A stretch of 59,579 nt of DNA, taken from NCBI GenBank assembly GCA_963802945.1, contig CAWDKY010000013.1, positions 1 to 59,579 on the forward strand. The letters run 5' to 3'. The stretch's first letter is position 1, and every line of letters begins with the position of its first letter. The DNA is from an uncultured delta proteobacterium. Its GTDB lineage: Bacteria; Desulfobacterota; RBG-13-43-22. Position numbers and translations under genes: made by a program. Positions 28,572 through 39,103 of this stretch are shown here, piece after piece. The notes beneath the pieces are model-generated. The model worked only from the letters and a program-made list of their open reading frames with translations, did not search any database and was not told where the DNA came from.

Positions 28572-29447
28572 ATGGTGGATAGCTTAGAAGTTGTTTTGGT
28601 TTACTCTTTTGTCTTGGGTTCTATTTATCTTCTTCTTTCCCTGGGATTCTCTCTCATCTGCGGGGTATTGAGGATATTCCATCTGGGATATGCCTACCTG
28701 TTCACCCTCACGGTTTACCTTACTTGGATGTTTATGCAGGAATTGGGCTTGGGATTATGGCCTGCCATTATTGGTATGGTCATCCTCCAGTTTATCATTT
28801 CCATCCTGATCTATGAGGGGATTATCAAAAAATATGTAGATCGGGAGGAGATCCTTCTAACCGGGTTGCTTCTCTTTTCCATTATAGTGGAGCAGGCCGT
28901 CAATTACCGCTACCCAATCCAGTCCGGCGTTTTTATACAAACAACCTTGATTGATGGAAGCACCAAAATCGGATCATCGGTCATCTCCAATCAACTTCTG
29001 GCCGGAGCGGGAATCGCCATCATCCTAACCATTTTGTTTGTCCTTTTCTTCCTCAAGACCAAAACAGGCTTGGCCATACGGGCCATTTCCCAGGACATCA
29101 CCAGCAGCAAGATTATCGGAATCAACGTCCAGAACCTTTATGTGTTCACCATGATGATCGTGCTGATTCCGGTGATCGTCGGTACCCTGGTTGTGGCCCC
29201 GGTTTGGTCCGTTGAACCGGGAATGGGTTCACTTTATTTTATCACGGCCATTTTGGTGGCCATTCTGGGTGGTCTGGGGAATATCAAAGGGACGATTATT
29301 GCCAGTTTTCTTATCGGGATTACCCACGCCCTGGTATCTTTTGTTTTAAAGGAGCCCCGGTTTATGAACCTTTCCGCCTTGGTACTGGTCATGATCATCC
29401 TGATGTTTAGGCCGCAAGGCATAGCTAAGAGTGAGGCTTTATGGTAG
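28572..29447 (+). CDS. Branched-chain amino acid-type ABC permease (LivH-like)
   Basis: LGSIYLLLSLGFSLICG, KTKTGLAIRAISQD, ILGGLGNIKG, FRPQG. Confidence 0.9.
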   Translation: MVDSLEVVLVYSFVLGSIYLLLSLGFSLICGVLRIFHLGYAYLFTLTVYLTWMFMQELGLGLWPAIIGMVILQFIISILIYEGIIKKYVDREEILLTGLLLFSIIVEQAVNYRYPIQSGVFIQTTLIDGSTKIGSSVISNQLLAGAGIAIILTILFVLFFLKTKTGLAIRAISQDITSSKIIGINVQNLYVFTMMIVLIPVIVGTLVVAPVWSVEPGMGSLYFITAILVAILGGLGNIKGTIIASFLIGITHALVSFVLKEPRFMNLSALVLVMIILMFRPQGIAKSEALW

Positions 29448-29507
29448 ATGTCGAAATAAAAAGAGACCGGATCATCATCCGCTGCAGGCGGGAAAAAGTG
29501 GGACTGG

Positions 29508-30482
29508 ATGCTGGAGCCCAGATATTGGAGGAACACCTTCATCTGGGGGGCTTTATTGGTCATCTTTCCCATCTTCTGTTATTTTGTCAGTCCCATCTTG
29601 CTGACGACGGTGATCACGGCCAATCTCTATGCGGCCATCGCCATTCCTCTGGCCCTGATGACGGTGGGAACAGGCCGGCTGAATTTCGGACCGAATTTTT
29701 TCCTCGGCGTAGGGGGCTATACGGCAGCGATACTTTCCATTGCCTATGGCTGGGGACCTCTGAAAACCCTTCCTATCGCCATCTTGATTACCATGATCTC
29801 CGCTCTTCTTTTCAGTCCTTTGGTGATCGTCGCCCGGGGTCTCTATTATGTCCTGCTGACCCTACTTCTGCCCCTGGTCTTTATGGAGGTCACCTTTATC
29901 TACTCGAATATCTTTAAGGGGGATGTCGGACTCTCCGGGGTAAAGCTGTTGGTGGACCTTGGAAAGGTCAAGCTTAATTTTCTGGTCATCGCCTACCTGG
30001 CCATGTTCATGATGCTTTTGTACTTCTCGATCGTCAATAAAATCCTAAAGTCCCGCTATGGTCTGATCATGGCCACCATCAATGACGATGAGGAGGTGGC
30101 CCATGGGATCGGGGTCAACATCAATCTGGTGAAAATTCTATCCTTTCTCTTTCCGGCCGGGATGATCGGGATTGTTGGTTGGTTCTATGCCCATTATTTC
30201 GGGACCTTTGCGGGAATTACCTATCTCCCGCTATCCTTCATGGTAAAGATACTCCTGGTCATCTTCATTGGGGGACGGGCCCAGGTCTTCGGGTGCGTGG
30301 TCGGGGGATATTTCATTGCCTTTCTGGAGATGATCCTGATCGCCACCTTGGGCGACTATCAACCGGTGCTCTTCCCCATTATTCTCTTTATTCTTCTTTT
30401 TGCCTTACCGGAGGGGCTATTTGGAATCTACCGGAAGCGCCGGTATCGTGAGTATTTGCCAACTTTGCACGTACGGAGATGA
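29508..30482 (+). CDS. Branched-chain amino acid-type ABC permease (LivM-like); true start may be 29441 with one indel
   Basis: GRLNFG..FLGVGGY, GLYYVLLTL, SRYGLIM, IGG, PEGLFG. Confidence 0.88.
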   Translation: MLEPRYWRNTFIWGALLVIFPIFCYFVSPILLTTVITANLYAAIAIPLALMTVGTGRLNFGPNFFLGVGGYTAAILSIAYGWGPLKTLPIAILITMISALLFSPLVIVARGLYYVLLTLLLPLVFMEVTFIYSNIFKGDVGLSGVKLLVDLGKVKLNFLVIAYLAMFMMLLYFSIVNKILKSRYGLIMATINDDEEVAHGIGVNINLVKILSFLFPAGMIGIVGWFYAHYFGTFAGITYLPLSFMVKILLVIFIGGRAQVFGCVVGGYFIAFLEMILIATLGDYQPVLFPIILFILLFALPEGLFGIYRKRRYREYLPTLHVRR

Positions 30483-31243
30483 ATGGAATGGACGAGATCT
30501 TGAAAGTCCGAAATATTACCAAGAGCTTTGGGGGTTTAGCCGCCGTCGGAGATGTAAGCTTCGATATCAGAACTGGAGAAACCCTGGGCCTGATCGGACC
30601 GAACGGGGCCGGGAAAACCACCCTGGTCAATCTCCTTTGCGGTTCCTATTATGCCGATTCCGGTGAGATCGAGATGGACGGGAAAAATATCACCCGGTTG
30701 AAGCCTTATCAGCGGTGCCGAATGGGCTTAAGCCGAACCTACCAGATTCCCCGCCCCTTCCCGGAATTGACTGCCCTGATGAGCGTGGTCACCAGTGCCC
30801 TTTGCGGGAAGAAGCGAAAAAACCGGGGGTTTGACGACGCCTCGGCCGAAGCGACCCATTATCTGGAGTTTGTGGGGCTTTTCAGTAAACGCAATATTCT
30901 GGCCCGCGACTTGACCTTTTTCGAACTTCGCATGCTGGAGTTGGCCCGGGCCTTGGCCACCACACCGAAACTGCTCTTCGTTGACGAGGTCATGGCCGGG
31001 CTGAATCCAGGGGAGGCCAGTAAAGCCGTTCGACTCATCGCCCGAGCCAAGGAAGAATTCGGCCTGACCATCTTCTGGATTGAACATGTGATGGCGGTCC
31101 TCATGGAAGCCGCTGACCGGATCATTGCCATTCATTTTGGCGCGAAAATGGCCGAGGGGACTCCGGAGGAGATCGCCAATAATGAACAGGTCATTGAGGC
31201 CTATCTCGGTTCCGGATGGCGCAAGGTGCAAGGGGCCAAGTAA
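30479..31243 (+). CDS. ABC ATP-binding protein (LivG-like)
   Basis: KSFGGLAAV, GPNGAGKTT, LELARALA, DEVMAGLN, IEH, VIEAYLG. Confidence 0.93.
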   Translation: MNGMDEILKVRNITKSFGGLAAVGDVSFDIRTGETLGLIGPNGAGKTTLVNLLCGSYYADSGEIEMDGKNITRLKPYQRCRMGLSRTYQIPRPFPELTALMSVVTSALCGKKRKNRGFDDASAEATHYLEFVGLFSKRNILARDLTFFELRMLELARALATTPKLLFVDEVMAGLNPGEASKAVRLIARAKEEFGLTIFWIEHVMAVLMEAADRIIAIHFGAKMAEGTPEEIANNEQVIEAYLGSGWRKVQGAK

Positions 31244-31337
31244 AAACATAAGCCGGAGATTTGGTTTTTTCCCGCTTTGCCATTTTCACTTTACACCAGA
31301 TATTTAAACTTTTAGCCATTAGGTTTTGAGGCCAATC

Positions 31338-32043
31338 ATGCTTGAGGTAAAAAACCTTAACGTATCCTACGGAGTTCTTCCAGTCCTGCACGACGTCGAT
31401 TTAACGGTCCAGGAAAATGAAGTGGTGGCCTTGCTGGGTTCCAACGGGGCCGGGAAAAGCACCCTATTCAATACCATCCAGGGAATGATGAAGCCCACTT
31501 CCGGAAGCATCCTTTTTTTGGGAAAGCCGATCGAGGGGCTTCCACCCCACAAGGTCATTGCCGAGGGAATTGCCCAGGTTCCCGAGGGACGGCGGCTGTT
31601 CCCTTTTATGACCGTACGGGAAAACCTCCTTCTTGGGGGCTTACCCAGGGAAGGCTTGGCAAGAGAAAGAGAAAAGAATGGAATGGGTCATGGAGCTTTT
31701 CCCGATTCTCAAAGAGAGGGCCCATATGCATTCCCGCCTCCTCTCCGGAGGGGAGCAACAGATGCTGACCATCGGCCGGGGTCTGATGGCCCAGCCTCGG
31801 ATGCTTTTGGTCGATGAGCCCTCTTTGGGACTGGCGCCCGTGATCCTGGACCATCTCTATGAAACCCTGGGAAAACTCCGGGATTCCAAGATCACCATCT
31901 TGCTCTCCGAACAGAATGCCCTGCGGGCCTTAGAGATAGCGGACCGCGGCTATGTGATGCAAGATGGTAAAATCATGCTCGAAGGAAAGTCCGACGACTT
32001 ATTGCAGAGCGATCTGGTGAAACGGGCCTACTTGGGGAGGTAA
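31338..32043 (+). CDS. ABC ATP-binding protein (LivF-like; apparent frameshift in the G-run near 31635)
   Basis: GSNGAGKST, VPEGRRLF, then LSGGEQQML, DEPSLGLAP, EQNA, AYLG in a second frame. Confidence 0.9.
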
Positions 32044-32046
32044 GGA

Positions 32047-33403
32047 ATGGACGATTATTTTTCCTATACGGCCAAACTTTTTAATCAGGCCGACATCAAT
32101 AACAAACCTGAGATTCTCAAAGGGATCCGCGTTCTGGATTTTTCTCACGTGATCTTCGGCCCCACGGCCACCCGGCTTTTGGCCCAATATGGGGCCGAAG
32201 TCATCAAGCTCGAACTCCCTTTTCATGGAGACCTTTGGAGGCCGGCCACCTATTGGGGAAAGTACTGGAAACACACCAACCCTCTATGGCACTTCATCAC
32301 CCAAAATAAATATTTTATGGGTTTGGATTTAAAAAAGCCGGAGGCCAAAGAGACTCATCTACAAGATGGCCGAGACCGCCGATGTGGTTACCGAAAACTT
32401 TGCCGCCGGAACAGCCGAAGCCTGGGGAGTGGGTTACACCCAGATCAGCAAAATCAACCCCAAGATCATTTATTTAAGTTGTTCCACCTACGGCCAGTAT
32501 GGCCCGTTGCGTTTCTATCCGGGATGGGACCTGTTGGCCCAGGCAGCCAGCGGGGTATTAAGCCTGACCGGTTATCCCGATACGGAAAAGTACTACAAGC
32601 TGCCCGATTATCTCGGAGATTACATTCCCGGCAATATGGGGGCCATGGCCATTCTCATGGCCCTTTACTATCGCCACAAATCGGGCAAAGGACAGTATAT
32701 TGACTTGGCCCAGTCCGAGGCCTTGATGCGGCTGCTTTGGCAGTTCACCTACTTCAACCTGACAGGGAAGGAAGTCGGCCGCACGGCGAACATTGATCCC
32801 ACCATGGTTCCGGCCTCTATTTTTAAAACCCGGGATGGAAAATTCTTGGCCCTGGCCTGCGCTACCGAGAAACAATTTGCCGGTCTTTGCCGGGCCATGA
32901 AACGTGAAGATCTTCTCAAGGAAAAAATCTTCACGGACACCCTTGAGAGGTTGAAACCGGCCAATGCCGCTGCCCTCAACCAGACGACCGGCGATTGGAT
33001 AAAGTCATTGGATGCCGAGGAGATTATCCGGAAGGCCAATGTCCAGGAGTTTCCGGCTGCTGAAGTCATGGATGATTACCAGATTTACCAGGATCCCTGG
33101 CGGCGTCAGCGCGGAAGCGTTATCCTGTTCAACGATGAAATGTATAAAGGACTGTTCATGTCTGGACCTTCGGCCCAGTTGAGTAAAACGCCGGCCCGGA
33201 CCAAATGGCTGGCCCGCCCCATCGGCTATCATAACCGGCTGGTCTTGAAAAAATTTATGGGCATGTCGGATGAGGAAATCGCCTCTTTGGAAAAAAAGAG
33301 GATCATCGGGACCTTCGACGATCGGCCGGGGCTTAAACCGCCTGTTTATTATAATCTCAATGAAGATCCGATCTTTAATTACGAGAGAGAGGAAACAAAG
33401 TGA
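32047..33403 (+). CDS. Family III CoA-transferase (CaiB/BaiF), subunit 1 (apparent frameshift near 32350)
   Basis: LKGIRVLDFS..GP..LAQYGAEVIKLE, NK..LDLK; second frame ADVVTENF, YGQYGP..PGWDLLAQAASG, GKGQYID. Confidence 0.88.
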
Positions 33404-34746
33404 GCGGAAAAGGGGAAAAGGAACAAGTATACGCCCGATATGTGGCCTCGGGAAAGACCGTACAACACCTGGCTTCCTGGGGGAAGACCCTGGCTGAGGT
33501 AATGAACCCGGAAGGGAAGCCTGAGGTATTGGATGATATTCTGGTGCTGGATGTAAGTTTAGCCAATTTTTCCGGGATTATTGCCGCCAGCTTTTTTGCC
33601 GAATTTGGGGCCGAGGTGATCAAAATCGAACCGCCTGACGGAGACCCGGCCCGCATGATCACTCCTTATGGTGAAAACGTCAAAGGCGTGGGAATACCCT
33701 TTCTGGTTGAGGGACGGAATAAGAAATATATGACCCTGGATCTTAAAAATTCCTCAAAAGACCGGGAGGATTTTGCTAAACTGGCGGAAAAGGCTGCCGT
33801 GGTTATTGAAACCTTTGCCGCCGGAGAAATGGATTCCTGGGGTATTGGATACCGGCAGCTCAGTCAAAAAAATCCGGGGATGATTTATATTGCCATTACC
33901 CCCTATGGCCAATATACTGACAAGGCCCGGGAGTTTGCCCGCTTGCCGGATGCCGACCTTACGGCCCAGGCCGGATCCGGTCTTCCGGCCCAGGTGGGCG
34001 ATCCGTCGATCAGCCCGGAGCCTTACGACTGGCCATTGAGAGCGGGGATGTGGGCCGGATGGTATATATCCGGAGTGCATGCGGCTATGGGAGGCTTCTT
34101 TGCCCTCATTCATCGCCAGAATACGGGAGAAGGTCAGATGATCGACATAGCCACTATGGATGCTTTCTCCTGTATGGTCGGATTCCCTCCAACGATCGGT
34201 TTTACCTGGGATGAGGCCCGGCCGCGGATCGGGGTTCTGGATTTTATCCTTTACCCCTATGGCTGTTGGAAATGCAAGGACGGCTATGTCGTCATTGCCG
34301 CCCCCCGGGACCATGATTTTCGAGCCCTTTTAAAAATCCTTGGTCTTTGGAGATTGGAAGATGATTGGAGATATACGCCCGACCGGATCCCCGATGTGGT
34401 GGATAAGGCCATGGTTTTATATCAGGCCATTGAGCAGAAGACCGTCTTGTTCACGGCCGATGAACTGGTCAATAAAGCTCTGAGCTACAGCGCCAAAGCG
34501 GCGCGTTCCAAATGGCGAGGCGGCGGGGTGCCCATCGTTATGAAAGTGAATACCCCGCCTATGAGCATGGAGAGCCCGCAGTTCGGCATACGCAAAATCT
34601 TTCAAGAGGTTCAAGACGATACGGTTGGGAAATTCATTATCAATACCGGCTTTGTTAAGATGTCGGAATCCCCGCCCCGTGTCAAATGGGTTTCCTGCGA
34701 TGTCGGCAAGGACAACGAGTATATTCGCAAAAAATATCTCGAGTAA
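33400..34746 (+). CDS. Family III CoA-transferase (CaiB/BaiF), subunit 2
   Basis: LDDILVLDVS, AEFGAEVIKIEPPDGD, RNKKYMTLDLK, PYGQY, DLTAQAGSG, GEGQMID; GTG start overlaps the previous stop. Confidence 0.9.
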   Translation: MSGKGEKEQVYARYVASGKTVQHLASWGKTLAEVMNPEGKPEVLDDILVLDVSLANFSGIIAASFFAEFGAEVIKIEPPDGDPARMITPYGENVKGVGIPFLVEGRNKKYMTLDLKNSSKDREDFAKLAEKAAVVIETFAAGEMDSWGIGYRQLSQKNPGMIYIAITPYGQYTDKAREFARLPDADLTAQAGSGLPAQVGDPSISPEPYDWPLRAGMWAGWYISGVHAAMGGFFALIHRQNTGEGQMIDIATMDAFSCMVGFPPTIGFTWDEARPRIGVLDFILYPYGCWKCKDGYVVIAAPRDHDFRALLKILGLWRLEDDWRYTPDRIPDVVDKAMVLYQAIEQKTVLFTADELVNKALSYSAKAARSKWRGGGVPIVMKVNTPPMSMESPQFGIRKIFQEVQDDTVGKFIINTGFVKMSESPPRVKWVSCDVGKDNEYIRKKYLE

Positions 34747-34831
34747 ATATGAACGATGCAAGAGCGAAAGTGGGGGCGATTGGTAAATCACCCCTAATAA
34801 AAAAATAACAATATAGAAAAAGGAGGAAACC

Positions 34832-36163
34832 ATGAAAAGATTTTCTATGTTTGGTTTTGTAGCTCTGGCAATCCTATTATTACTGGGATTAGGTTTGATA
34901 CCCGCAGTCAATGCTGCCGCTCCCAGTGGTAAGCCGATTGTTATCGGCTACGTTGGCAACGTCGCTTCTCCCGGAACGAAACCCTGTATGGATATCCAGA
35001 AATACGCGGTTGAGGAGATCAACAAGGCTGGTGGAATCTTAGGTCGTCCGGTGGAGTATGTCGTGCTCGACGGCAAGGGGGACACTTCGCTTTCGGTTGA
35101 GGCCGCCCGGCGACTCCTGATGGAGAAGAAGGCCACCTTTATTTCTGTTGAAGGACGCTCGGAAATCTGTCTGGCCGCCCAGGAAAATAACGCGTCCATG
35201 TTCAAGGAATATCCGCACATCCTGGTCTTCAACGGACCCATGGCAGCAGAACTTACGGCCAAGCTTATAGACCACCCTGGAAAGTACGATTTCTGCTTTC
35301 GGGACTGGGATCCGGAACCGGCCCACTATGCCTGGCTGGATAATTACCTGAACAAGCTTCTTAAAGGCGTCCTCAAGGGTAAAAGGATCGCTTTCCTATG
35401 GGAAGATCTGGCCTGGACCGAAGAGTGGCGACATGGCATCTCCTACCTTAAACTGCCCACTTGGGAAGAAGTGGCCAAACAGAAATACGGAATCGAAGTG
35501 GTTTACAGCAAGGCGGTCAAACCCAGGGGGACCATGTACCTGCCCATTTTACAGGAGATCGCTGCGGCCAAGGCTGATATGATCTGGTTTGTGAGTTCAT
35601 GGTTCACCGATACCGAATCATATGCCAAGCAATGGGCCGATTCGGCGGCCAAGGATATTCCCACGGTGCTTTACGGGGGAGTTTCACAAACCCACGATTT
35701 TTGGAGGATGACTGGTGGAAAGGGCCTAGGGATCATGTCTTCCTTCTATGAAGGGGATATTCCTTTTACCCCGAAAACCCTTCCTTTCATCGCCATGATG
35801 AAAAAACTGGGTATCCCGGCGCAGATCCACGTCCATATCGCCTATGCCGATATCTATCATTTCAAGGCGGCGATCGAGAAGGCCGGCGGGACAGACAATA
35901 TAAATAAATTGATCAAGGCCATGGAAGATGTGGAATCGGTTTACTCCTTGGGAAAGTTTAAATATCAAACCGCGAAGATAAAACCCTTTTTTCATTCTCG
36001 AGTCATGTGTGACCCCAATAATCCTTATTACATGTATCCCGAAAGGCACTTCTTGAACATCGCCCAATTCCAGAAGGATGGAAAAATTTCCTGGGTCCTT
36101 AATGAGAAAAGTCAGATCGTCCCAGGAGGTTACATTCCTCCAGCTAAATTGCGCGCTCAGTAA
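34832..36163 (+). CDS. ABC transporter substrate-binding protein (Liv/Peripla_BP_6 type)
   Basis: Signal peptide; PIVIG, AVEEINKAGGILGRPVEYVVLD; RBS AAGGAGG. Confidence 0.9.
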   Translation: MKRFSMFGFVALAILLLLGLGLIPAVNAAAPSGKPIVIGYVGNVASPGTKPCMDIQKYAVEEINKAGGILGRPVEYVVLDGKGDTSLSVEAARRLLMEKKATFISVEGRSEICLAAQENNASMFKEYPHILVFNGPMAAELTAKLIDHPGKYDFCFRDWDPEPAHYAWLDNYLNKLLKGVLKGKRIAFLWEDLAWTEEWRHGISYLKLPTWEEVAKQKYGIEVVYSKAVKPRGTMYLPILQEIAAAKADMIWFVSSWFTDTESYAKQWADSAAKDIPTVLYGGVSQTHDFWRMTGGKGLGIMSSFYEGDIPFTPKTLPFIAMMKKLGIPAQIHVHIAYADIYHFKAAIEKAGGTDNINKLIKAMEDVESVYSLGKFKYQTAKIKPFFHSRVMCDPNNPYYMYPERHFLNIAQFQKDGKISWVLNEKSQIVPGGYIPPAKLRAQ

Positions 36164-36176
36164 TTAACCCCTTTCC

Positions 36177-36220
36177 CCAGGCGGACTTCTTTTTTCGTAA
36201 AGAAGTCCGCCTGGTTGTTT
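36177..36220 (+). terminator. Rho-independent terminator of the ABC/CoA-transferase operon
   Basis: CCAGGCGGACTTCTTT ... AAAGAAGTCCGCCTGG 16-bp stem followed by TTGTTT. Confidence 0.8.
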
Positions 36221-36275
36221 GCACCTTAGGCCTTTTTAGGGGTATCGCTTTGAACTTAAAACGGCCAAGGTGAAA

Positions 36276-36314
36276 TTTCTCCTTGATTCCTCATTGGACC
36301 TATTTTATATTCTT
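36276..36314 (+). repeat. 39-bp direct repeat, copy 2 (putative holB promoter TTGATT-17bp-TATATT)
   Basis: TTTCTCCTTGATTCCTCAT-tggac-CTATTTTATATTCTT; 34 of 39 nt identical to 17935-17973. Confidence 0.85.
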
Positions 36315-36365
36315 ATTATTCAATATCTGAAGTTTTGAATAGCTTTCCTCTTCAATCCAAAAACC

Positions 36366-37349
36366 ATGTCCTTTGCCCTAATTCAAGGCCAGGATCGGGC
36401 CATACAAAATTTAAAGCAATCCCTTAAAAGGGATAAGCTCCACCACGCCTATCTCTTCAGCGGCCCTGAAGGGGTGGGGAAAAAAATAACCGCCTTGGAG
36501 CTGGCCAAGGCCTTGAACTGCGACCAACCCGGCCCGGAGGGGGCCTGCGATCAATGTCCCTCCTGCCTGAAGATCGAAAGACAGATCCACCCCGACTTCA
36601 TCCACATAAAACCGGAAGGGGCCAATATCCGTATCGAACAGATCCGGGATCTGGGTCAGCAGCTTTCTTATGGCCCGGCCATGGGCCGCTTTCGTCTTTG
36701 CCTTTTTGACATGGCTTCAGATCTGAACGAACCGGCAGCCAATGCTTTTTTAAAAACCTTGGAAGAACCGCCGGCGGGGACTCTTTTTGTCCTTCTGGTC
36801 AGGGATCCGGGAGAATTATTACCTACCATTGTTTCCCGGTGTGTCTCCATCGGATTCAATCCCCTTTCCCTTTCCCTTATTGCCGAAAAACTGATGAAAG
36901 AAAAAGGGGTGTCCCGAGAAGAGGCCCTGGCCTTGAGCCTGGTTTCCGGAGGGAGTCTGGGCAAGGCCTTTCAGTATGTCAAAACGAATTTTTGGAAAAA
37001 GCAAGAGGACTGGATAACTCAGCTCGAAGGCTTCTCTCAGGCCGGGATGGCCCAATTGTTTAGTTGGGCCAAAAGCTGGCTGGGTTCCAGAGAAGAGATC
37101 CAGGAAAATCTGGAGATCGGCCAATGGTGCTTACGGGATCTGATTTGGGTTCGGGCCGGGCTGGAGGATAAAGTGTCGATTCAGCCTCATTTGAAACAAA
37201 GGGTCAGGACCCTGGCCTTCAGCCTGCCGGACAAGATGTGGCTAAAACGGATGACCTTGCTCAACCAAGCCGCAAAATATCACAGCCAAAATGTCAACGC
37301 CCAATTGAATTGGGAAGTCCTGTTCCTCAAAATGGCCGAGGCTTGTTGA
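36366..37349 (+). CDS. holB: DNA polymerase III subunit delta'
   Basis: HAYLFSGPEGVGK, C..ACDQCPSC zinc module, HPDF, AANAFLKTLEEPP, LLPTIVSRC. Confidence 0.93.
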   Translation: MSFALIQGQDRAIQNLKQSLKRDKLHHAYLFSGPEGVGKKITALELAKALNCDQPGPEGACDQCPSCLKIERQIHPDFIHIKPEGANIRIEQIRDLGQQLSYGPAMGRFRLCLFDMASDLNEPAANAFLKTLEEPPAGTLFVLLVRDPGELLPTIVSRCVSIGFNPLSLSLIAEKLMKEKGVSREEALALSLVSGGSLGKAFQYVKTNFWKKQEDWITQLEGFSQAGMAQLFSWAKSWLGSREEIQENLEIGQWCLRDLIWVRAGLEDKVSIQPHLKQRVRTLAFSLPDKMWLKRMTLLNQAAKYHSQNVNAQLNWEVLFLKMAEAC

Positions 37350-37410
37350 TGATTCCCCGGGAAATAAAAGGGGCAAACTTAAACGTCCCTTACGGGAATT
37401 CTTGGTCGGG

Positions 37411-38940
37411 TTAATTAACTGACTCATATTCTTTTTGCAGCAGATGCTTCTGAATTTTGCCCATGCTGTTTCGAGGGAGGGCCGAGCGGAAAAAGATTTT
37501 TTTGGGACACTTATATCCGGCCAAGCGAGTCTTACAAAAATCAATCAATTCCAAGGGATCTAGGGAAACTCCTGCTTTTAAGACCACGGCCGCTGTCACC
37601 TGTTCCCCGAAATCTTCGTCTGCCAATCCAAAGACTGCCGAGTCTTGAACGGCTGCATGGTCTTCCAGGATATTTTCGATCTCTTTGGGATAGACATTTT
37701 CCCCACCGGAGATAATCAATTCCTTGTCCCTGCCTGCCAGATAGAGGCGAAGATGGTCTTCGGGGTCCTGATAACCCAGGTCTCCGGACTTGAACCAGCC
37801 TTCTTCAAAAGATTTAGCTGTCTTCTCCGGCTGTTTCCAGTACCCCTTAAAGACATTATTTCCTTTGATCCAGATCTCCCCGACCTCCCCGGGCGTTACG
37901 TCCCGACCGTCTTTTCCCACCACGCGGATCGCCACCCCACTCAACGGATAACCGACACTTTTCACTTTTCTTAATTCCGGATCATAGGGGTTTGAAGCAA
38001 TTATTCCGGTTTCGGTCATGCCGTAACGTTCCAACAGCACATGACCGGTTAGATCTTTAAAGCGAAAAAAAAGGGGCTCCGACAGAGGGGCCGATCCGGA
38101 GATAAAGACCCTGACGGATTTTAGATTCGGCTTTCTTTCCAAAGCTTCCCAAGCCTGGCTCATCCGCTGATAAATAGTGGGAACGGCCATGAGCATGGTA
38201 CATCGTTCTTCTTCAAGAATCCGCCAGGCTTCATAGGGAACAAAACGCTCATTCATAATTATGGTGCTGCCGGCATAAAGTGCGCCGTGCAAGGCCACGG
38301 TCAGGCCGTGGACGTGAAAAAGGGGCAGGATATGTAAAAGCTTATCCCGGTCGGTCCAGCGCCAGGCTTGGTTAAGGGCCTTCATGTTTTGGATCAGATT
38401 TTCATGGGTGATCATGGCCCCTTTGGAACGCCCGGTCGTGCCCGAGGTGTAGCAGAGCATGGCCACATCCTCTTCCCGGGTGGGATAGGGAAGTTTTTCT
38501 ATAGCGGTGGTTACTTCCAATAAACGGGGATAGCAAAAGACGTCGAGGATCTCCTGATCCATAATAAGAAACTGGAGAGAAGGGATCTGCTTTAACACAG
38601 GGGCCAGTTCAAAGTATTTTTCAGAAAAGATAATTACCAGGGAGCTTTCCGAGTCGGAAAGGAAGTACAATATTTCCTCCGGTCGATAGCCGGGATTGAG
38701 TGGCAAAGCAATTGCCCCCAAACTCAAGGCAGCCAAATATAATTCGATAAACTCCAACCCTTTGGGTAAGAGAAAAGCCACCCGGTCGCCTTTGTGGATG
38801 TTAAGGTTCCTCAGAATTCCGGCGGCTTGTTTAACTTGACGATCCAAATCGGAAAAGGATCTTTCTTGTTCACAGAATCGGACGGCCGTCTTGGGACCAA
38901 AAGCCCGAGCCCTGTCCGACAGGATTTGAGCGAGGTTCAT
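37411..38940 (-). CDS. Acyl-CoA synthetase (MatB/malonyl-CoA synthetase-like)
   Basis: YTSGTTGRSKG, LPLFHVHGL, ISGSAPL, ERYGMTET, GWFKSGDLG, PRNSMGKIQK. Confidence 0.9.
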   Translation of the reverse strand: MNLAQILSDRARAFGPKTAVRFCEQERSFSDLDRQVKQAAGILRNLNIHKGDRVAFLLPKGLEFIELYLAALSLGAIALPLNPGYRPEEILYFLSDSESSLVIIFSEKYFELAPVLKQIPSLQFLIMDQEILDVFCYPRLLEVTTAIEKLPYPTREEDVAMLCYTSGTTGRSKGAMITHENLIQNMKALNQAWRWTDRDKLLHILPLFHVHGLTVALHGALYAGSTIIMNERFVPYEAWRILEEERCTMLMAVPTIYQRMSQAWEALERKPNLKSVRVFISGSAPLSEPLFFRFKDLTGHVLLERYGMTETGIIASNPYDPELRKVKSVGYPLSGVAIRVVGKDGRDVTPGEVGEIWIKGNNVFKGYWKQPEKTAKSFEEGWFKSGDLGYQDPEDHLRLYLAGRDKELIISGGENVYPKEIENILEDHAAVQDSAVFGLADEDFGEQVTAAVVLKAGVSLDPLELIDFCKTRLAGYKCPKKIFFRSALPRNSMGKIQKHLLQKEYESVN

Positions 38941-39103
38941 GCATCTTCCTTTGAGGAGAGAGAAGACCCTCTAACCCCTGACCAGTAATTATGGTCTAAT
39001 TTATTTTGAGGGCCTTAATCATTCAACTCTATATTATCATAGATCATTGTGGTATATTAATTAAAAATGATCATTAGAAAAAAATTAGTAAAGGAGAATC
39101 CCT

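Noticed and set aside
37344-37352. holB ending TGT-TGA-TGA as a Cys-Sec terminus
   Set aside because: HolB is already full length, the stop is doubled, and I saw no GGUC-type hairpin at SECIS spacing.
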